Sequence record: PV467749.1
Length of the DNA: 64,000 bases
Direction: 5' to 3' (one strand)
Source of the DNA: a phage
Within the stretch, counting starts at the first letter, position 1. Each line of letters starts with the position of its first letter. A program made the position numbers and the translations under genes. Below are positions 1 to 9,162 of the stretch, one piece after another. Below the pieces are notes generated by a model. It was not told the origin of the DNA. It saw nothing but the letters and a program-made list of their open reading frames with translations, and searched no databases.

Positions 1-208
1 TAATTTCACTGTTCAGTGAGGATAAACGTTTGGTCAATGCCATAAACTGTTTAGCGTCTTCTTTGGAACGGTCGTTACGAACTTTATCGGAACTCCAGTT
101 AGAATATGATTGCTCATCTTTTTTGTTAAGAATGTCCCAGTCCAAACGGACTAGTTTTCGTTCTTTCTTAAGTTCGCTTAGGCGAGATTTCATTTCTTCT
201 TTAGTCAT
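1..208 (-). CDS. hypothetical protein, N-terminal part only (continues past left window edge)
   Basis: ATG at 208..206 overlapping upstream stop (TAATG); AAAGGA Shine-Dalgarno about 9 nt upstream; open frame MTKEEMKSRLSELKKERK... to position 1. Not in ORF track because truncated. Confidence 0.4.
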   Translation of the reverse strand, partial: MTKEEMKSRLSELKKERKLVRLDWDILNKKDEQSYSNWSSDKVRNDRSKEDAKQFMALTKRLSSLNSEI

Positions 209-498
209 TACAATGTTCCTTTCATAAAGTCAGGGATAACGATTACGATAGAAGGATTATACTCCACATATCCATTCTTTGTCAATAGACTTTTGATATC
301 AGAAATAACATTATCATGTTGTTCCATATCTTTATCGCAGTGAATTTCCAATTCTTTTAGGAAAGGTTGTTTAACTGAAATTGATTGGGTCAGTGTTTGA
401 ATACGCTGCATCATATCAATTGGATCAGGACTAAACTCATTACCAACATAAAGTGTACCAGATGCATCCTTTTCAAGTAAGACTTCTAAAATTTTCAT
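208..498 (-). CDS. hypothetical protein (96 aa)
   Basis: ORF track; ATGA start/stop overlap with upstream gene; same-strand tight packing. Confidence 0.45.
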   Translation of the reverse strand: MKILEVLLEKDASGTLYVGNEFSPDPIDMMQRIQTLTQSISVKQPFLKELEIHCDKDMEQHDNVISDIKSLLTKNGYVEYNPSIVIVIPDFMKGTL

Positions 499-1325
499 TT
501 TGTACCCTTTAATGTACCAAAATTACGTAGAGTAAATCCAGGAACTGGGAAATATACATCACAGTCAATGTCAGGATTAATTGTCACTACCTCATTACAC
601 ATTATATCACGAATTCCACTTCCGTCTACGATTTTTTGCATTAAATCGTTCCATTCTTTTCGTTCAATAACATATGTGTTAATCAAACACAAGTCATGAC
701 CACGTTTCGAAATATAACCAAGTACTACATCATTGTGGACAACACGTATAGTAACTTTTCCAATTCGAGTTCCTCGTACTGCATTAGTACTAGTATCGTC
801 GTAAATCAGTTCTATCCTAAGTGAACCATTAGATATAAGAGTTGTGGTATATTTTGAAACCATATTCTCAATTTCTTGAGTTAAATCGTCTCGGTTAAGG
901 TACTCAAACACCGAATATGTCAACTCATTTGCATCCAAATATTGGACTGTTGGAAGCTGGGCAACCATATCCAAAGATACAGGTTCTATGTATATTTTTT
1001 CAATATCAGATGTTTTGACGAATAGATACCCTTCTAGCGTCATTGAACTAACAATTTCCGCATAATAAGAGTACAGATAAAAAACATTCGTCTCATTCGA
1101 ATCAGTTTCTACCCAAACCTCTGGCTGTTTCATCTCATATTGTTGTAGAATTCGTTGTGTAAACCCAATGTAAAATCCAAGATTAACATCGGATTGAGTT
1201 TCAAATGGATTAAACATCAAATATGGATATTTGTCAAGATACTCATTGAACTTACGCTGGGTATCTCTATCACAATCAATGATGTACTTTCGGAATTCAG
1301 AAATAATTACTTTTTCCAATGACAT
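495..1325 (-). CDS. hypothetical protein (about 276 aa)
   Basis: ORF track 495..1331 begins at TTG; first ATG is codon 3 (MSLEKVII...), placed just after upstream stop. Confidence 0.5.
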   Translation of the reverse strand: MSLEKVIISEFRKYIIDCDRDTQRKFNEYLDKYPYLMFNPFETQSDVNLGFYIGFTQRILQQYEMKQPEVWVETDSNETNVFYLYSYYAEIVSSMTLEGYLFVKTSDIEKIYIEPVSLDMVAQLPTVQYLDANELTYSVFEYLNRDDLTQEIENMVSKYTTTLISNGSLRIELIYDDTSTNAVRGTRIGKVTIRVVHNDVVLGYISKRGHDLCLINTYVIERKEWNDLMQKIVDGSGIRDIMCNEVVTINPDIDCDVYFPVPGFTLRNFGTLKGTK

Positions 1326-1327
1326 AA

Positions 1328-1525
1328 TCAATCCTCACGATGCATATAGTACATAAACATCGCCAACCATATGCAGAATCCCACGCAACGAAGAAACAGA
1401 TCAACTGTTGGGTCTGTACCACCATTAACTTGGTAAACGATTACTGGGATTAAAGAAATAGCAATAGACACTGTACATAAGATGAATGCAACAAACACCT
1501 CAAACATAAACTTAATCGTTTCCAT
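1328..1525 (-). CDS. small hydrophobic (membrane) protein, 65 aa
   Basis: ORF track; two hydrophobic stretches (FVAFILCTVSIAISLIPVIV, GFCIWLAMFMYY). Confidence 0.4.
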   Translation of the reverse strand: METIKFMFEVFVAFILCTVSIAISLIPVIVYQVNGGTDPTVDLFLRCVGFCIWLAMFMYYMHRED

Positions 1526-2084
1526 TATTATCCTTCAATGTGTAGTGTAGTACATCTAAAAAGTTATACATTGATTCATTACGCATAACCTTGATTGTTA
1601 AATTACCACAACCCAACATACGTTTGAGGCGACGCTTCACAGCAGTTAAATCATGAGAACTATTTGTGTACAGACCATTAACCTGACCCGGAACAGTAGG
1701 AACATGAAGAATGTAATCATAATTCATTAGTAAGCGTTGATTATATTTCTTTAATGCTTGCTTGTATTCTGAAATATTTTCAAAGAATGTACAATAACGG
1801 TCGTAACGATTCATTTTATTCAAAATTGAAATACGAAAAGCGTTACCACTATTCCAATCATCTTCAGTTGGGTTTGGGTTGATATGTGCCATGTTAGCTG
1901 TACTATACCCACCACTTGTGAAAACTTCAGAATATCCATTCTCAAAAACATACAATGTTGCTTTGTGTCCTCGGAATTCTTTACGGTACTTTGACAGAAC
2001 TTGAATGTGATTACGCTTGGACTTGTACATTTCGTAACCTTCATAATCGCCACTGAATTCACAAATTTTATCAACACCAGCCAT
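1512..2084 (-). CDS. hypothetical protein (about 190 aa)
   Basis: ORF track 1512..2099; internal ATG (MAGVDKI...) has GAGGA SD 8 nt upstream, first ATG has none. Confidence 0.5.
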   Translation of the reverse strand: MAGVDKICEFSGDYEGYEMYKSKRNHIQVLSKYRKEFRGHKATLYVFENGYSEVFTSGGYSTANMAHINPNPTEDDWNSGNAFRISILNKMNRYDRYCTFFENISEYKQALKKYNQRLLMNYDYILHVPTVPGQVNGLYTNSSHDLTAVKRRLKRMLGCGNLTIKVMRNESMYNFLDVLHYTLKDNNGND

Positions 2085-2141
2085 TTCGTATATCCTCATT
2101 TGATTAATATAGGAGTATTATACATACTCCATTTTCATGTG

Positions 2142-2285
2142 TCAAGCTTTATAATACGGAAGACTTTTCACTAAAGATTCTGACGTATTATTTTTTACCC
2201 ATGTACTACCGTTGTCATTGGATACATATCCAGTACCATTAACAAACTTACGCATAATACCAGTAAAAATATTAGTATACACCAT
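2142..2285 (-). CDS. small hypothetical protein (about 47 aa)
   Basis: Hand translation: ATG preceded by AAAGGA SD; MVYTNIFTGIMRKFVNGTGYVSNDNGSTWVKNNTSESLVKSLPYYKA. Below ORF-track size cutoff. Confidence 0.3.
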   Translation of the reverse strand: MVYTNIFTGIMRKFVNGTGYVSNDNGSTWVKNNTSESLVKSLPYYKA

Positions 2286-2455
2286 TACTCAGTATCCTTT
2301 GGTTTAGAATGTAAACCATACTTTTCATCATAACGATCATAGGTAGTGCCATTAGTACTAGCTTTGATGCTTTCGGTGCGATTGATTGGTTCGATTTTGA
2401 CACCACGATAACCAATCTCTTCTTTAAATTGTTCCCATGATTCACGTAGACTCAT
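2285..2455 (-). CDS. small hypothetical protein (about 56 aa)
   Basis: Hand translation: ATG with AAGGGG SD; MSLRESWEQFKEEIGYRGVKIEPINRTESIK...; stop overlaps next start (TAATG). Confidence 0.3.
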   Translation of the reverse strand: MSLRESWEQFKEEIGYRGVKIEPINRTESIKASTNGTTYDRYDEKYGLHSKPKDTE

Positions 2456-2471
2456 TTTAGTCCCCTTTTTG

Positions 2472-2615
2472 TTATTTCATACACTCACGTAGGTCAATCT
2501 TTTCAACTGAACCACCGAGTACTAGATAGTGAAAATTAGAATCTTTGTTTGCCATATTCAAAAGATCTGCTTTCTGTTGAAGCGTAAAGCGTGAAGTACT
2601 GTTACGTACTGGCAT
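2472..2615 (-). CDS. small hypothetical protein (about 47 aa)
   Basis: Hand translation: ATG with AAGGAG SD 6 nt upstream; MPVRNSTSRFTLQQKADLLNMANKDSNFHYLVLGGSVEKIDLRECMK. Confidence 0.3.
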   Translation of the reverse strand: MPVRNSTSRFTLQQKADLLNMANKDSNFHYLVLGGSVEKIDLRECMK

Positions 2616-2617
2616 AG

Positions 2618-3061
2618 TTACTCCTTAAAGTAGATATCACGAATTTGCTTAATCATCTCTAACTCTTGAAGTCCTATCATACCAAAGTTTTCTTGAACTG
2701 TCAACTGTTGGAAGTACATTTCCTCTAAATTATTATAAGGAATATCCACTAATGATAAAGGTACTCGTTCTTCACTGAATGCCAGATCTTCAACTAAATG
2801 TTTTATAATCATAACAGTAAATGAATCTTTTTGTATATGAAATTTGTAAAACGTTTGGTTAGTAGTGAACATTGTGTTTGATGGATGGAAACCCATTTCG
2901 ACAAATACTGTATCTTTATCATTATGTGTGCAATATGTACATCTTGAATTCGCAAGAACTTTAGATTTTGGGTAATAAAAATCACCCAGCAACTTCTGTC
3001 GTTTCCAGTCCTCATATACAACTGGATGCTTAACCTTCTTCAATCGGTGCAGTACTGTCAT
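2618..3061 (-). CDS. small protein, EExFFQQST-motif paralog family member
   Basis: ORF track; contains EEMYFQQLTV about 35 aa from C-terminus; ATGA overlap with upstream gene. Confidence 0.5.
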   Translation of the reverse strand: MTVLHRLKKVKHPVVYEDWKRQKLLGDFYYPKSKVLANSRCTYCTHNDKDTVFVEMGFHPSNTMFTTNQTFYKFHIQKDSFTVMIIKHLVEDLAFSEERVPLSLVDIPYNNLEEMYFQQLTVQENFGMIGLQELEMIKQIRDIYFKE

Positions 3062-3441
3062 AGTTTTTTCCAGTCCAATGAATCGAAATCGATTTGTTCA
3101 GGGTTATCAACAGCGACAACTCGTGCATTATGAAGAGTTTCAAAGTAGCCGTTCCACGGTGTTCGTAATGGAACTGTCACATCACCAACTTTAACCAAGA
3201 ATGAATATGCTGGTGATATTGGGTCAAACCACTCTTTTTGTTTAGCATTTTCGACGATGGTTTCGTGTTCTTTTGTATAGCAATTATCTTGCTTCATATA
3301 AAACACCCAATGCTCTTTTAGGCACTGTAAAGCAGCAACTGCTTCCTCTTTAGAAGACCATTGAATATCAATTGTATTAAGAACGTCATAACAATTTTCA
3401 GTATCACCTGTAGTGTAATGTACTTCAATGCAGTATTTCAT
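3058..3441 (-). CDS. hypothetical protein (127 aa)
   Basis: ORF track; sits inside the paralog cluster but lacks the shared motif. Confidence 0.45.
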   Translation of the reverse strand: MKYCIEVHYTTGDTENCYDVLNTIDIQWSSKEEAVAALQCLKEHWVFYMKQDNCYTKEHETIVENAKQKEWFDPISPAYSFLVKVGDVTVPLRTPWNGYFETLHNARVVAVDNPEQIDFDSLDWKKL

Positions 3442-3896
3442 TATTCATCACCTTTTAGTAATTTACAAATTTCAATCATATGATAATAACATGTATTCCA
3501 AAATTGCCCATTAGTACTACCAACATCATGCACAGTACTTTGTTGGAAAACATATTCATCATTGAACAACTTTTTAATGTCATCAATGTAAAATTCTGGT
3601 TTTGAATCATTATTGTATTCAATACTCGTTTCACCATCTGGATCAAGTGAAATTGATGATATGTCGTGAATTCCTATCGGATTTGTTGGACAAATTCTCA
3701 ACGTAAGAGGATAGAAGTCTGGATCGGTTTCATATGTATATCCGATTATGTAATTACCATCTCCAGTGATTGAGTTATATTTAAATTTAGGTTCAAATAC
3801 ATTATGGACATTATAACCTAGTTTATTCATCTCGTTAAGATGTAATAATATTTTATGTAAAGTCCCTAAGACATGAATCAAATTATCAATTTTCAT
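3441..3896 (-). CDS. small protein, EExFFQQST-motif paralog family member
   Basis: ORF track; DEYVFQQSTVHD at residues about 113-124 of 151; ATGA overlap with upstream gene. Confidence 0.5.
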   Translation of the reverse strand: MKIDNLIHVLGTLHKILLHLNEMNKLGYNVHNVFEPKFKYNSITGDGNYIIGYTYETDPDFYPLTLRICPTNPIGIHDISSISLDPDGETSIEYNNDSKPEFYIDDIKKLFNDEYVFQQSTVHDVGSTNGQFWNTCYYHMIEICKLLKGDE

Positions 3897-4408
3897 TTAC
3901 GATCCTTTGAAAAGTTCAGTTTAAAAGATTTACCAAATTCCATTGTAGCTTTACCCAGATTGTTAATATTTTCTTTCAACATTTCTTGCATTTTTCTCAC
4001 ACTTTCATTCCAGGCTTCCTCTTCTTTACGGAGGATTGGTCGCAATCGTTCCTGAATATCGTTAAAACGTGTATTGAGTTCAACCAATGATTCATATGTG
4101 AAATCTTTCATGTCGATGATAGTACTTCGTTGAAAGAATTCTTCTTCGGATAAATTACTCAAAATGATTTTATCACTACCAATAGATAATGTCAATTCAT
4201 CATCTTGATTTTTTTTAATTACAATACGTACAGGTGATTTTATAGTAATGTGAACATCATGATTATTAAAAGTTTCAGTTTTGTTTGACGTTCTGAATTG
4301 TAGTCTTCCGGTTAGTGCGTGTACTGGCATTGGGTTCTTTTTACCAGTAATAACATCTTCCCACGAATCAAGGATATTATTAATAATTTTAACATAAGGA
4401 ACTGTCAT
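3893..4408 (-). CDS. small protein, EExFFQQST-motif paralog family member
   Basis: ORF track 3893..4435; internal ATG (MTVPYVK...) has AGGTG SD, first ATG has none; contains EEEFFQRSTIID. Confidence 0.5.
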   Translation of the reverse strand: MTVPYVKIINNILDSWEDVITGKKNPMPVHALTGRLQFRTSNKTETFNNHDVHITIKSPVRIVIKKNQDDELTLSIGSDKIILSNLSEEEFFQRSTIIDMKDFTYESLVELNTRFNDIQERLRPILRKEEEAWNESVRKMQEMLKENINNLGKATMEFGKSFKLNFSKDRK

Positions 4409-4450
4409 ATATGCACCTATGAAAAATCCACGCATAGCGTGGATCTGTAA

Positions 4451-4981
4451 TTAATCGAGTATAGTAACTTCAATCAAACGAATTTCGATGAATTCGTTTT
4501 CAGTTTCCCATGATGAACCTAATTTCTTATTAAGTTCAGTTTTAACATCACTTTTAAATTTTCCCATAGTATTAGGAATAATTTGTTTGGTTAGTTTGTC
4601 ATAACCACAATAAAACATAGGTTTCTCCCTTCGAGATATTAGCTCAACAAAATCCTTTGGATATGCAGGTATATTATGCATCACTTCATGAATGCACTCA
4701 GTACTTGAATCTTGTACTTTGTACATTACATTAAGTTTACCTTTGAAAGTTCTAATCATATCAACAATAATACCTTTACCAGATTTAAGTAAAGTTCCAT
4801 TCTTTGTATGAGAACAATAGAATACCTCATCACCAATATTAGGATAGTACAAATTAAATTCTAATTCTTCCTTTGATGACTGACGTTGAAATTTCATTAC
4901 ACGTTCAGTATAGGTGGGGTAGTTCTTCATGTTCAAAAGAATATCTCTCTTAGTAAGTGTGATATAACTGGCATAGTCCAT
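4451..4981 (-). CDS. hypothetical protein (176 aa; start uncertain, alternative ATG at 4930)
   Basis: ORF track; overlaps methyltransferase 3' end by 49 nt unless the internal ATG at 4930 (MKNYPTY...) is used. Confidence 0.4.
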   Translation of the reverse strand: MDYASYITLTKRDILLNMKNYPTYTERVMKFQRQSSKEELEFNLYYPNIGDEVFYCSHTKNGTLLKSGKGIIVDMIRTFKGKLNVMYKVQDSSTECIHEVMHNIPAYPKDFVELISRREKPMFYCGYDKLTKQIIPNTMGKFKSDVKTELNKKLGSSWETENEFIEIRLIEVTILD

Positions 4982-6822
4982 CCATTCCCAAGCATTTTGT
5001 ATGCTTGTGTCTTACTAGACACTTTAAAGAAATCTACAGGAATACCCTGTAATTTACAACATTCTACTACACTTAAGTGTCTATAGTCAATATTTCTTTT
5101 ACCATTCTCCAATAGATATTGACGATTAATCGTTGGGTCACGAAACACCAACTGTCGTCTTGATTTATTAAAGTACTGGTTACAATCACCACCCTTAAAA
5201 TAGTTAGCATCTATACAGTACGAAGCGGTTCTGTCAGTGTACCAACCATCTTCAATGATATCTTGAAGTTTAGGGGCATTTGATAATGCAGGTGGTATAA
5301 AAAGCTTATCAGTACTGCACCAGTAGTATCTCTGCCTGAAGTGAGGCGTATAATGCTGGGAATTTATCAGTACTGGTGTCATCTCAAGAACACTATTAAT
5401 GTATTGCTTGAAATCTTCTTTCATCTTAACATTCTCAAAGAGAACTTTCAAGTTAGGATTTAAACTTTTTATGTGTTGGTAGATATCAACCATCGTGTGA
5501 AACAACATTCCACGTGGGTCATTTATACCACCCTGTTTACCAGCAACTGACCATGCTTGACAATTGTGAACAACTATATTATTTGCAGTGTACGTGTTAT
5601 CAACAGCAACTTCAAAATTATATACAGTTTTCCATTCTCCAGTATGAGTGCTAGTTTTTACACCTTTAACCCACGAATAATTTTTGTCATAAAAAGCTTC
5701 CTCTTTTTTCGGTTGGTCTTTTTTATATGACAAAACATAATAAGGTTTTTGGTTAACAACTCGATTTTCAATAACTTTGGTATTCTCTGGTTGAGTATAG
5801 CTTATATTGGAATGCCTTCCATATACGTTCATTATCAATTGTTGAATACCCAATACACAGTTTATTGATGTTGTAGTGAATTTATAACATCCACTATCAA
5901 TATGTCCATCAGCGTCAAAGTAACCATCAAGAAATGCTTTTTGGTTTTTTATGCATTCCGTGAATAGTTCTGGGTGTACTTGTTTGTTAGAAGCACCCTT
6001 TCCCATTTGTTCACAAAATTCAACCAGATCTTTTGAACATATATAAAATTTATATGAAGTTCTTTCTTTAACATAATTATATTTCATATTCATACCATCA
6101 AAACATGAAACTAATTCATTAAATTCGTCATGTGCACAACAGATGAAAACTCTATATTGGTAACTATTGGTTCTATTGTTACGTTTTACTTTATATGTCC
6201 ATCCATCACCCATAAAGCGACCCATAAAATACCAGAATTTTTCATCTTTCGTTGATTTGTTAGATTCAACTGATTTAACATTACACAGAAAATGGTCATA
6301 TGTCAAATCATGTGCCTCTACCCATTCTGGTTCAGAAAAATGACGTTCATATTGTCTAATGTTGTTATTCCACATAGACGTCATTTTTCTTGAATAAAAG
6401 GGATGATTATCGGTACATTCAATTGGAAGGTGACCTTGACCTGTAATAATACGAGTGGGAGCATTTTTAACACCAGTACTCAAAACTGGATGATATTTAC
6501 CAGTATGTGTCAGTACCATGTCACCAACTTGAATGTCTTTTATATCTTTATGACCTTTGTCTGTCATAATCATGGTTCCTGCTGGGAAGCATGGAAATCC
6601 ACCCATTAATAAATCTATTTTATCCCACTCAATATCCCATTCTCTCCATTTAGTTACATCACCCAATTGGGTGATATCAGGAAAGTTAGCTTGAGATTCA
6701 GCTATTGCGTACTTGTCAATTTCGGATGAATAATATTTTTCAACAGGGATACCAGCATCTTTTAATGCCATGTATCCAACACTCATCCCATTAAAAAGAG
6801 ATAGTACTCTGATAGGTTTCAT
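4933..6822 (-). CDS. DNA (cytosine-5)-methyltransferase precursor containing an intein (629 aa precursor; about 285 aa mature)
   Basis: Motif I FNGMSVG, motif IV GGFP|C..CQAWSVAGKQGG...DPRG interrupted after GGFP, motif VI LFENVK, motif X QAYKMLGNGW; AAAGGA SD before ATG. Confidence 0.85.
   Translation of the reverse strand: MKPIRVLSLFNGMSVGYMALKDAGIPVEKYYSSEIDKYAIAESQANFPDITQLGDVTKWREWDIEWDKIDLLMGGFPCFPAGTMIMTDKGHKDIKDIQVGDMVLTHTGKYHPVLSTGVKNAPTRIITGQGHLPIECTDNHPFYSRKMTSMWNNNIRQYERHFSEPEWVEAHDLTYDHFLCNVKSVESNKSTKDEKFWYFMGRFMGDGWTYKVKRNNRTNSYQYRVFICCAHDEFNELVSCFDGMNMKYNYVKERTSYKFYICSKDLVEFCEQMGKGASNKQVHPELFTECIKNQKAFLDGYFDADGHIDSGCYKFTTTSINCVLGIQQLIMNVYGRHSNISYTQPENTKVIENRVVNQKPYYVLSYKKDQPKKEEAFYDKNYSWVKGVKTSTHTGEWKTVYNFEVAVDNTYTANNIVVHNCQAWSVAGKQGGINDPRGMLFHTMVDIYQHIKSLNPNLKVLFENVKMKEDFKQYINSVLEMTPVLINSQHYTPHFRQRYYWCSTDKLFIPPALSNAPKLQDIIEDGWYTDRTASYCIDANYFKGGDCNQYFNKSRRQLVFRDPTINRQYLLENGKRNIDYRHLSVVECCKLQGIPVDFFKVSSKTQAYKMLGNGWTMPVISHLLREIFF
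5563..6591 (-). mobile_element. intein (343 aa) with LAGLIDADG homing-endonuclease domain, inserted at catalytic Cys of the C5-methyltransferase
   Basis: Starts CFPAGTMIMTD (block A), LTHT (block B), two LAGLIDADG-type motifs (FMGRFMGDGW, FLDGYFDADGHI), ends NNIVVHN followed by extein Cys of the PCQ motif. Confidence 0.8.
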
Positions 6823-6859
6823 ATAAAATCCTTTTTATATTGTTAAGGTACTATAATAC

Positions 6860-6868
6860 ATTATAGCA
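6860..6868 (-). promoter_or_regulatory. sigma70-like extended -10 element (TGCTATAAT) upstream of methyltransferase gene
   Basis: TGCTATAAT on minus strand about 38 nt upstream of ATG 6822; motif recurs upstream of other genes (see findings). Approximate coordinates. Confidence 0.3.
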
Positions 6869-6874
6869 TCTTAT

Positions 6875-7126
6875 TTAGAAATCTTCCAGACTTTTTTCAT
6901 CGCACCATCGAGAAGTACAGATGATCGCAGATGCAAGAATTGAAGCACTGGCTCGACCACCACCAAGTAAGTACTGGCTAATGACACCAATCATATTGAA
7001 GACTTTATCATACTCAGCAAGGAGTTCAAAATCCTTCTTCCAACATTGATATTCTTCTTCAGTAACATTAAACTCATCACCAAGTTCATTTAAAATCTTT
7101 TTAAGTACTGCACGATGTTCACTCAT
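6875..7126 (-). CDS. hypothetical protein (start uncertain; ORF track 6875..7165)
   Basis: ORF track begins at GTG; ATG with GGGGAA SD at codon 14 (MSEHRAVLKK...). Confidence 0.4.
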   Translation of the reverse strand: MSEHRAVLKKILNELGDEFNVTEEEYQCWKKDFELLAEYDKVFNMIGVISQYLLGGGRASASILASAIICTSRWCDEKSLEDF

Positions 7127-7204
7127 CTGATTCCCCATATCGTTCGTCGTAAAAATCATCATCACGGTCCAATGGTTCTTTTGGTTTTTCTGCCATATAT
7201 TTCC

Positions 7205-7465
7205 TCACATGGTAAATGTATTATCACCATCCATATCTTCATCTGTAGCTTCAGCTAAGGTCTTAATCGTTAGCAATTCACGCTTCACGTACAACATGAA
7301 GACCTTTTCATAATTACCGAACATCATCTCAGGTGACATGTAATTCTCCGTTACAATGACGATTGGACGGCCCTGTGACAGCATACGAAACATAGTACGG
7401 TATTTGTCAAAGGTGCGAAATTCATCCATGTTCATCATGTGGCGTTTACGAACTACTTTAGTCAT
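7205..7465 (-). CDS. hypothetical protein (86 aa)
   Basis: ORF track. Confidence 0.4.
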   Translation of the reverse strand: MTKVVRKRHMMNMDEFRTFDKYRTMFRMLSQGRPIVIVTENYMSPEMMFGNYEKVFMLYVKRELLTIKTLAEATDEDMDGDNTFTM

Positions 7466-7479
7466 TTTGATACCTTTAG

Positions 7480-7935
7480 TTAATTGAACTCGATTTCTGG
7501 ATAATGATTATAGAACATCTCACGTACTGCGTCAAGCTGTTCTTTAAATTTCTCAATGTCATCAAGAGTTAGTACAGTGTTACTAACTGTACTCAACTGA
7601 AAAAGTGCCTCTTCAGTACTGTTTTCTGATAAATCAAATGTACATGATGAATCATCTGTTATAATATTATCACATATTTCAAATGTGTCAATATGAACAT
7701 CATTGAGTAGATCACCACTATAATCATTATATATGAACACAAAAATGTATGATGGTTTTTTTATCTCAGTTTCTGACTCATAGGCTACTAAATCATATGT
7801 TACGTAACATTTAAAGTCAGGTGAATCGTATTCCATAGATACAATTCCTATATCACGATATTGATTCGCTTCACTGATTAAATCCGGTATAGGTGTAATA
7901 CTAAGTAAATGGAAAAACTGTCCTGGATTTAGCAT
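7480..7935 (-). CDS. small protein, EExFFQQST-motif paralog family member
   Basis: ORF track; TEEALFQLSTVS motif; start overlaps upstream stop. Confidence 0.5.
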   Translation of the reverse strand: MLNPGQFFHLLSITPIPDLISEANQYRDIGIVSMEYDSPDFKCYVTYDLVAYESETEIKKPSYIFVFIYNDYSGDLLNDVHIDTFEICDNIITDDSSCTFDLSENSTEEALFQLSTVSNTVLTLDDIEKFKEQLDAVREMFYNHYPEIEFN

Positions 7936-8384
7936 TTGATTACCTTCGGGTTTTGCTCTGTGATATCAAACATAGATAGAACGAAATCATTTAGCTTTTC
8001 AACACAATTGATTATAGTGCTTAAATCAGAATAACTAACTGTTAAATTTTTAACAAGAGATTCCTGAAAGTATCCTTCTTCAGTTGAGCAATAACTCACA
8101 TTTGAGATAGTCTCATAATGTATATCTTTGCTTGTTTTACATGTTATAATTTCTATTATATCCGATGTTGTGTTATATAATAATATAAATGTTGTTGTTC
8201 GTGAATTCTTATTGTAAAATGCGAGTTCAGTGCTGTCATATGTTTTCTCAATAAGAACATTGTACTCTTCCGAAAACGATGTGGAAATTCTAATTATCTC
8301 TTCTGGATCAGGAACATAAGAGCCATCAAATTTACAAGACAATGCAATTTCAAAATGATTTTTTATTTCATCAATTTTCATCAT
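7929..8384 (-). CDS. small protein, EExFFQQST-motif paralog family member
   Basis: ORF track; TEEGYFQESLVK motif; ATGA overlap. Confidence 0.5.
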   Translation of the reverse strand: MMKIDEIKNHFEIALSCKFDGSYVPDPEEIIRISTSFSEEYNVLIEKTYDSTELAFYNKNSRTTTFILLYNTTSDIIEIITCKTSKDIHYETISNVSYCSTEEGYFQESLVKNLTVSYSDLSTIINCVEKLNDFVLSMFDITEQNPKVIKC

Positions 8385-8776
8385 AGCTCACCATTTAATT
8401 TGCTATTTACATATTCTAATGCTTTTTTAACAATGCCAATTTCGGTAACTCCTATTACATTTTTCTCGATTAACGACAATTGAAATAGTTCATCTTCCTC
8501 AATATCAATACTATGGGTTCTTGACCAATAAACGTTGAAGTCATATGCATATCGTATTGTATTTTCTTTAATATCAAGTACCAATATAACCATACCATTG
8601 TGTAGGTATGTCAGTGTTTTTCCGTATATATTAAAAATTAACCTATCTGGTGTACCCAATGGAAGATGAATTATATTTTGTGTAGTTCCAACAATAACAA
8701 AATCATTATCTATATTTTTATTCAAGTCACCTAGAATGTCATATATAGTAGTCATGTTAATCTTGACCCTCAGCAT
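8381..8776 (-). CDS. small protein, EExFFQQST-motif paralog family member
   Basis: ORF track; EEDELFQLSLIE motif. Confidence 0.5.
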   Translation of the reverse strand: MLRVKINMTTIYDILGDLNKNIDNDFVIVGTTQNIIHLPLGTPDRLIFNIYGKTLTYLHNGMVILVLDIKENTIRYAYDFNVYWSRTHSIDIEEDELFQLSLIEKNVIGVTEIGIVKKALEYVNSKLNGEL

Positions 8777-9161
8777 TTCTGATGATTCGCATTACTTCTC
8801 TGGATACGTTGTATACTTTTTTATAGTACTCAAATGTAACTGAACCAAAATCATTAACAGTACTATCCATGAAGAACGATTCTTCGGTGCAATACACACC
8901 TGTAATTGAAACATGCTCATGATGGAATTTAGCATCTTTCCAGTAACGGAATTCGAAAATAAATTGCCCGTCATGACCAACCCTACAACACTCAGCACGG
9001 TCACTGTCTACGCAGCTAATCACAATATCCCTTTCGGAGTCATACCAGATATTTCCAATATTTGTTTCAATAACTGCATAATCAATTTTTGTAGAATTGG
9101 GAATTACACCTTTTTTTACCAGTACTAGACTGGTATTATCAATATCAAGTAAACTTACCAT
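8757..9161 (-). CDS. small protein, EExFFQQST-motif paralog family member (degenerate motif)
   Basis: ORF track 8757..9176 begins at TTG; ATG at codon 6 with GGGGAG SD; motif TEESFFMDSTVND. Confidence 0.45.
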   Translation of the reverse strand: MVSLLDIDNTSLVLVKKGVIPNSTKIDYAVIETNIGNIWYDSERDIVISCVDSDRAECCRVGHDGQFIFEFRYWKDAKFHHEHVSITGVYCTEESFFMDSTVNDFGSVTFEYYKKVYNVSREVMRIIRNAEGQD

Positions 9162-9162
9162 A

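Noticed and set aside
30-227. Plus-strand ORF of 65 aa at the left edge
   Set aside because: Begins at TTG and lies antisense to a well-supported minus-strand gene start (ATG with SD at 208); likely a spurious antisense frame.
4451-4981. FQRQS near the N-terminus of the 176-aa protein as a possible eleventh family member
   Set aside because: The match is only FQ-R-x-S, lacks the preceding acidic residues and is near the N-terminus rather than 100-120 aa in; likely coincidental.
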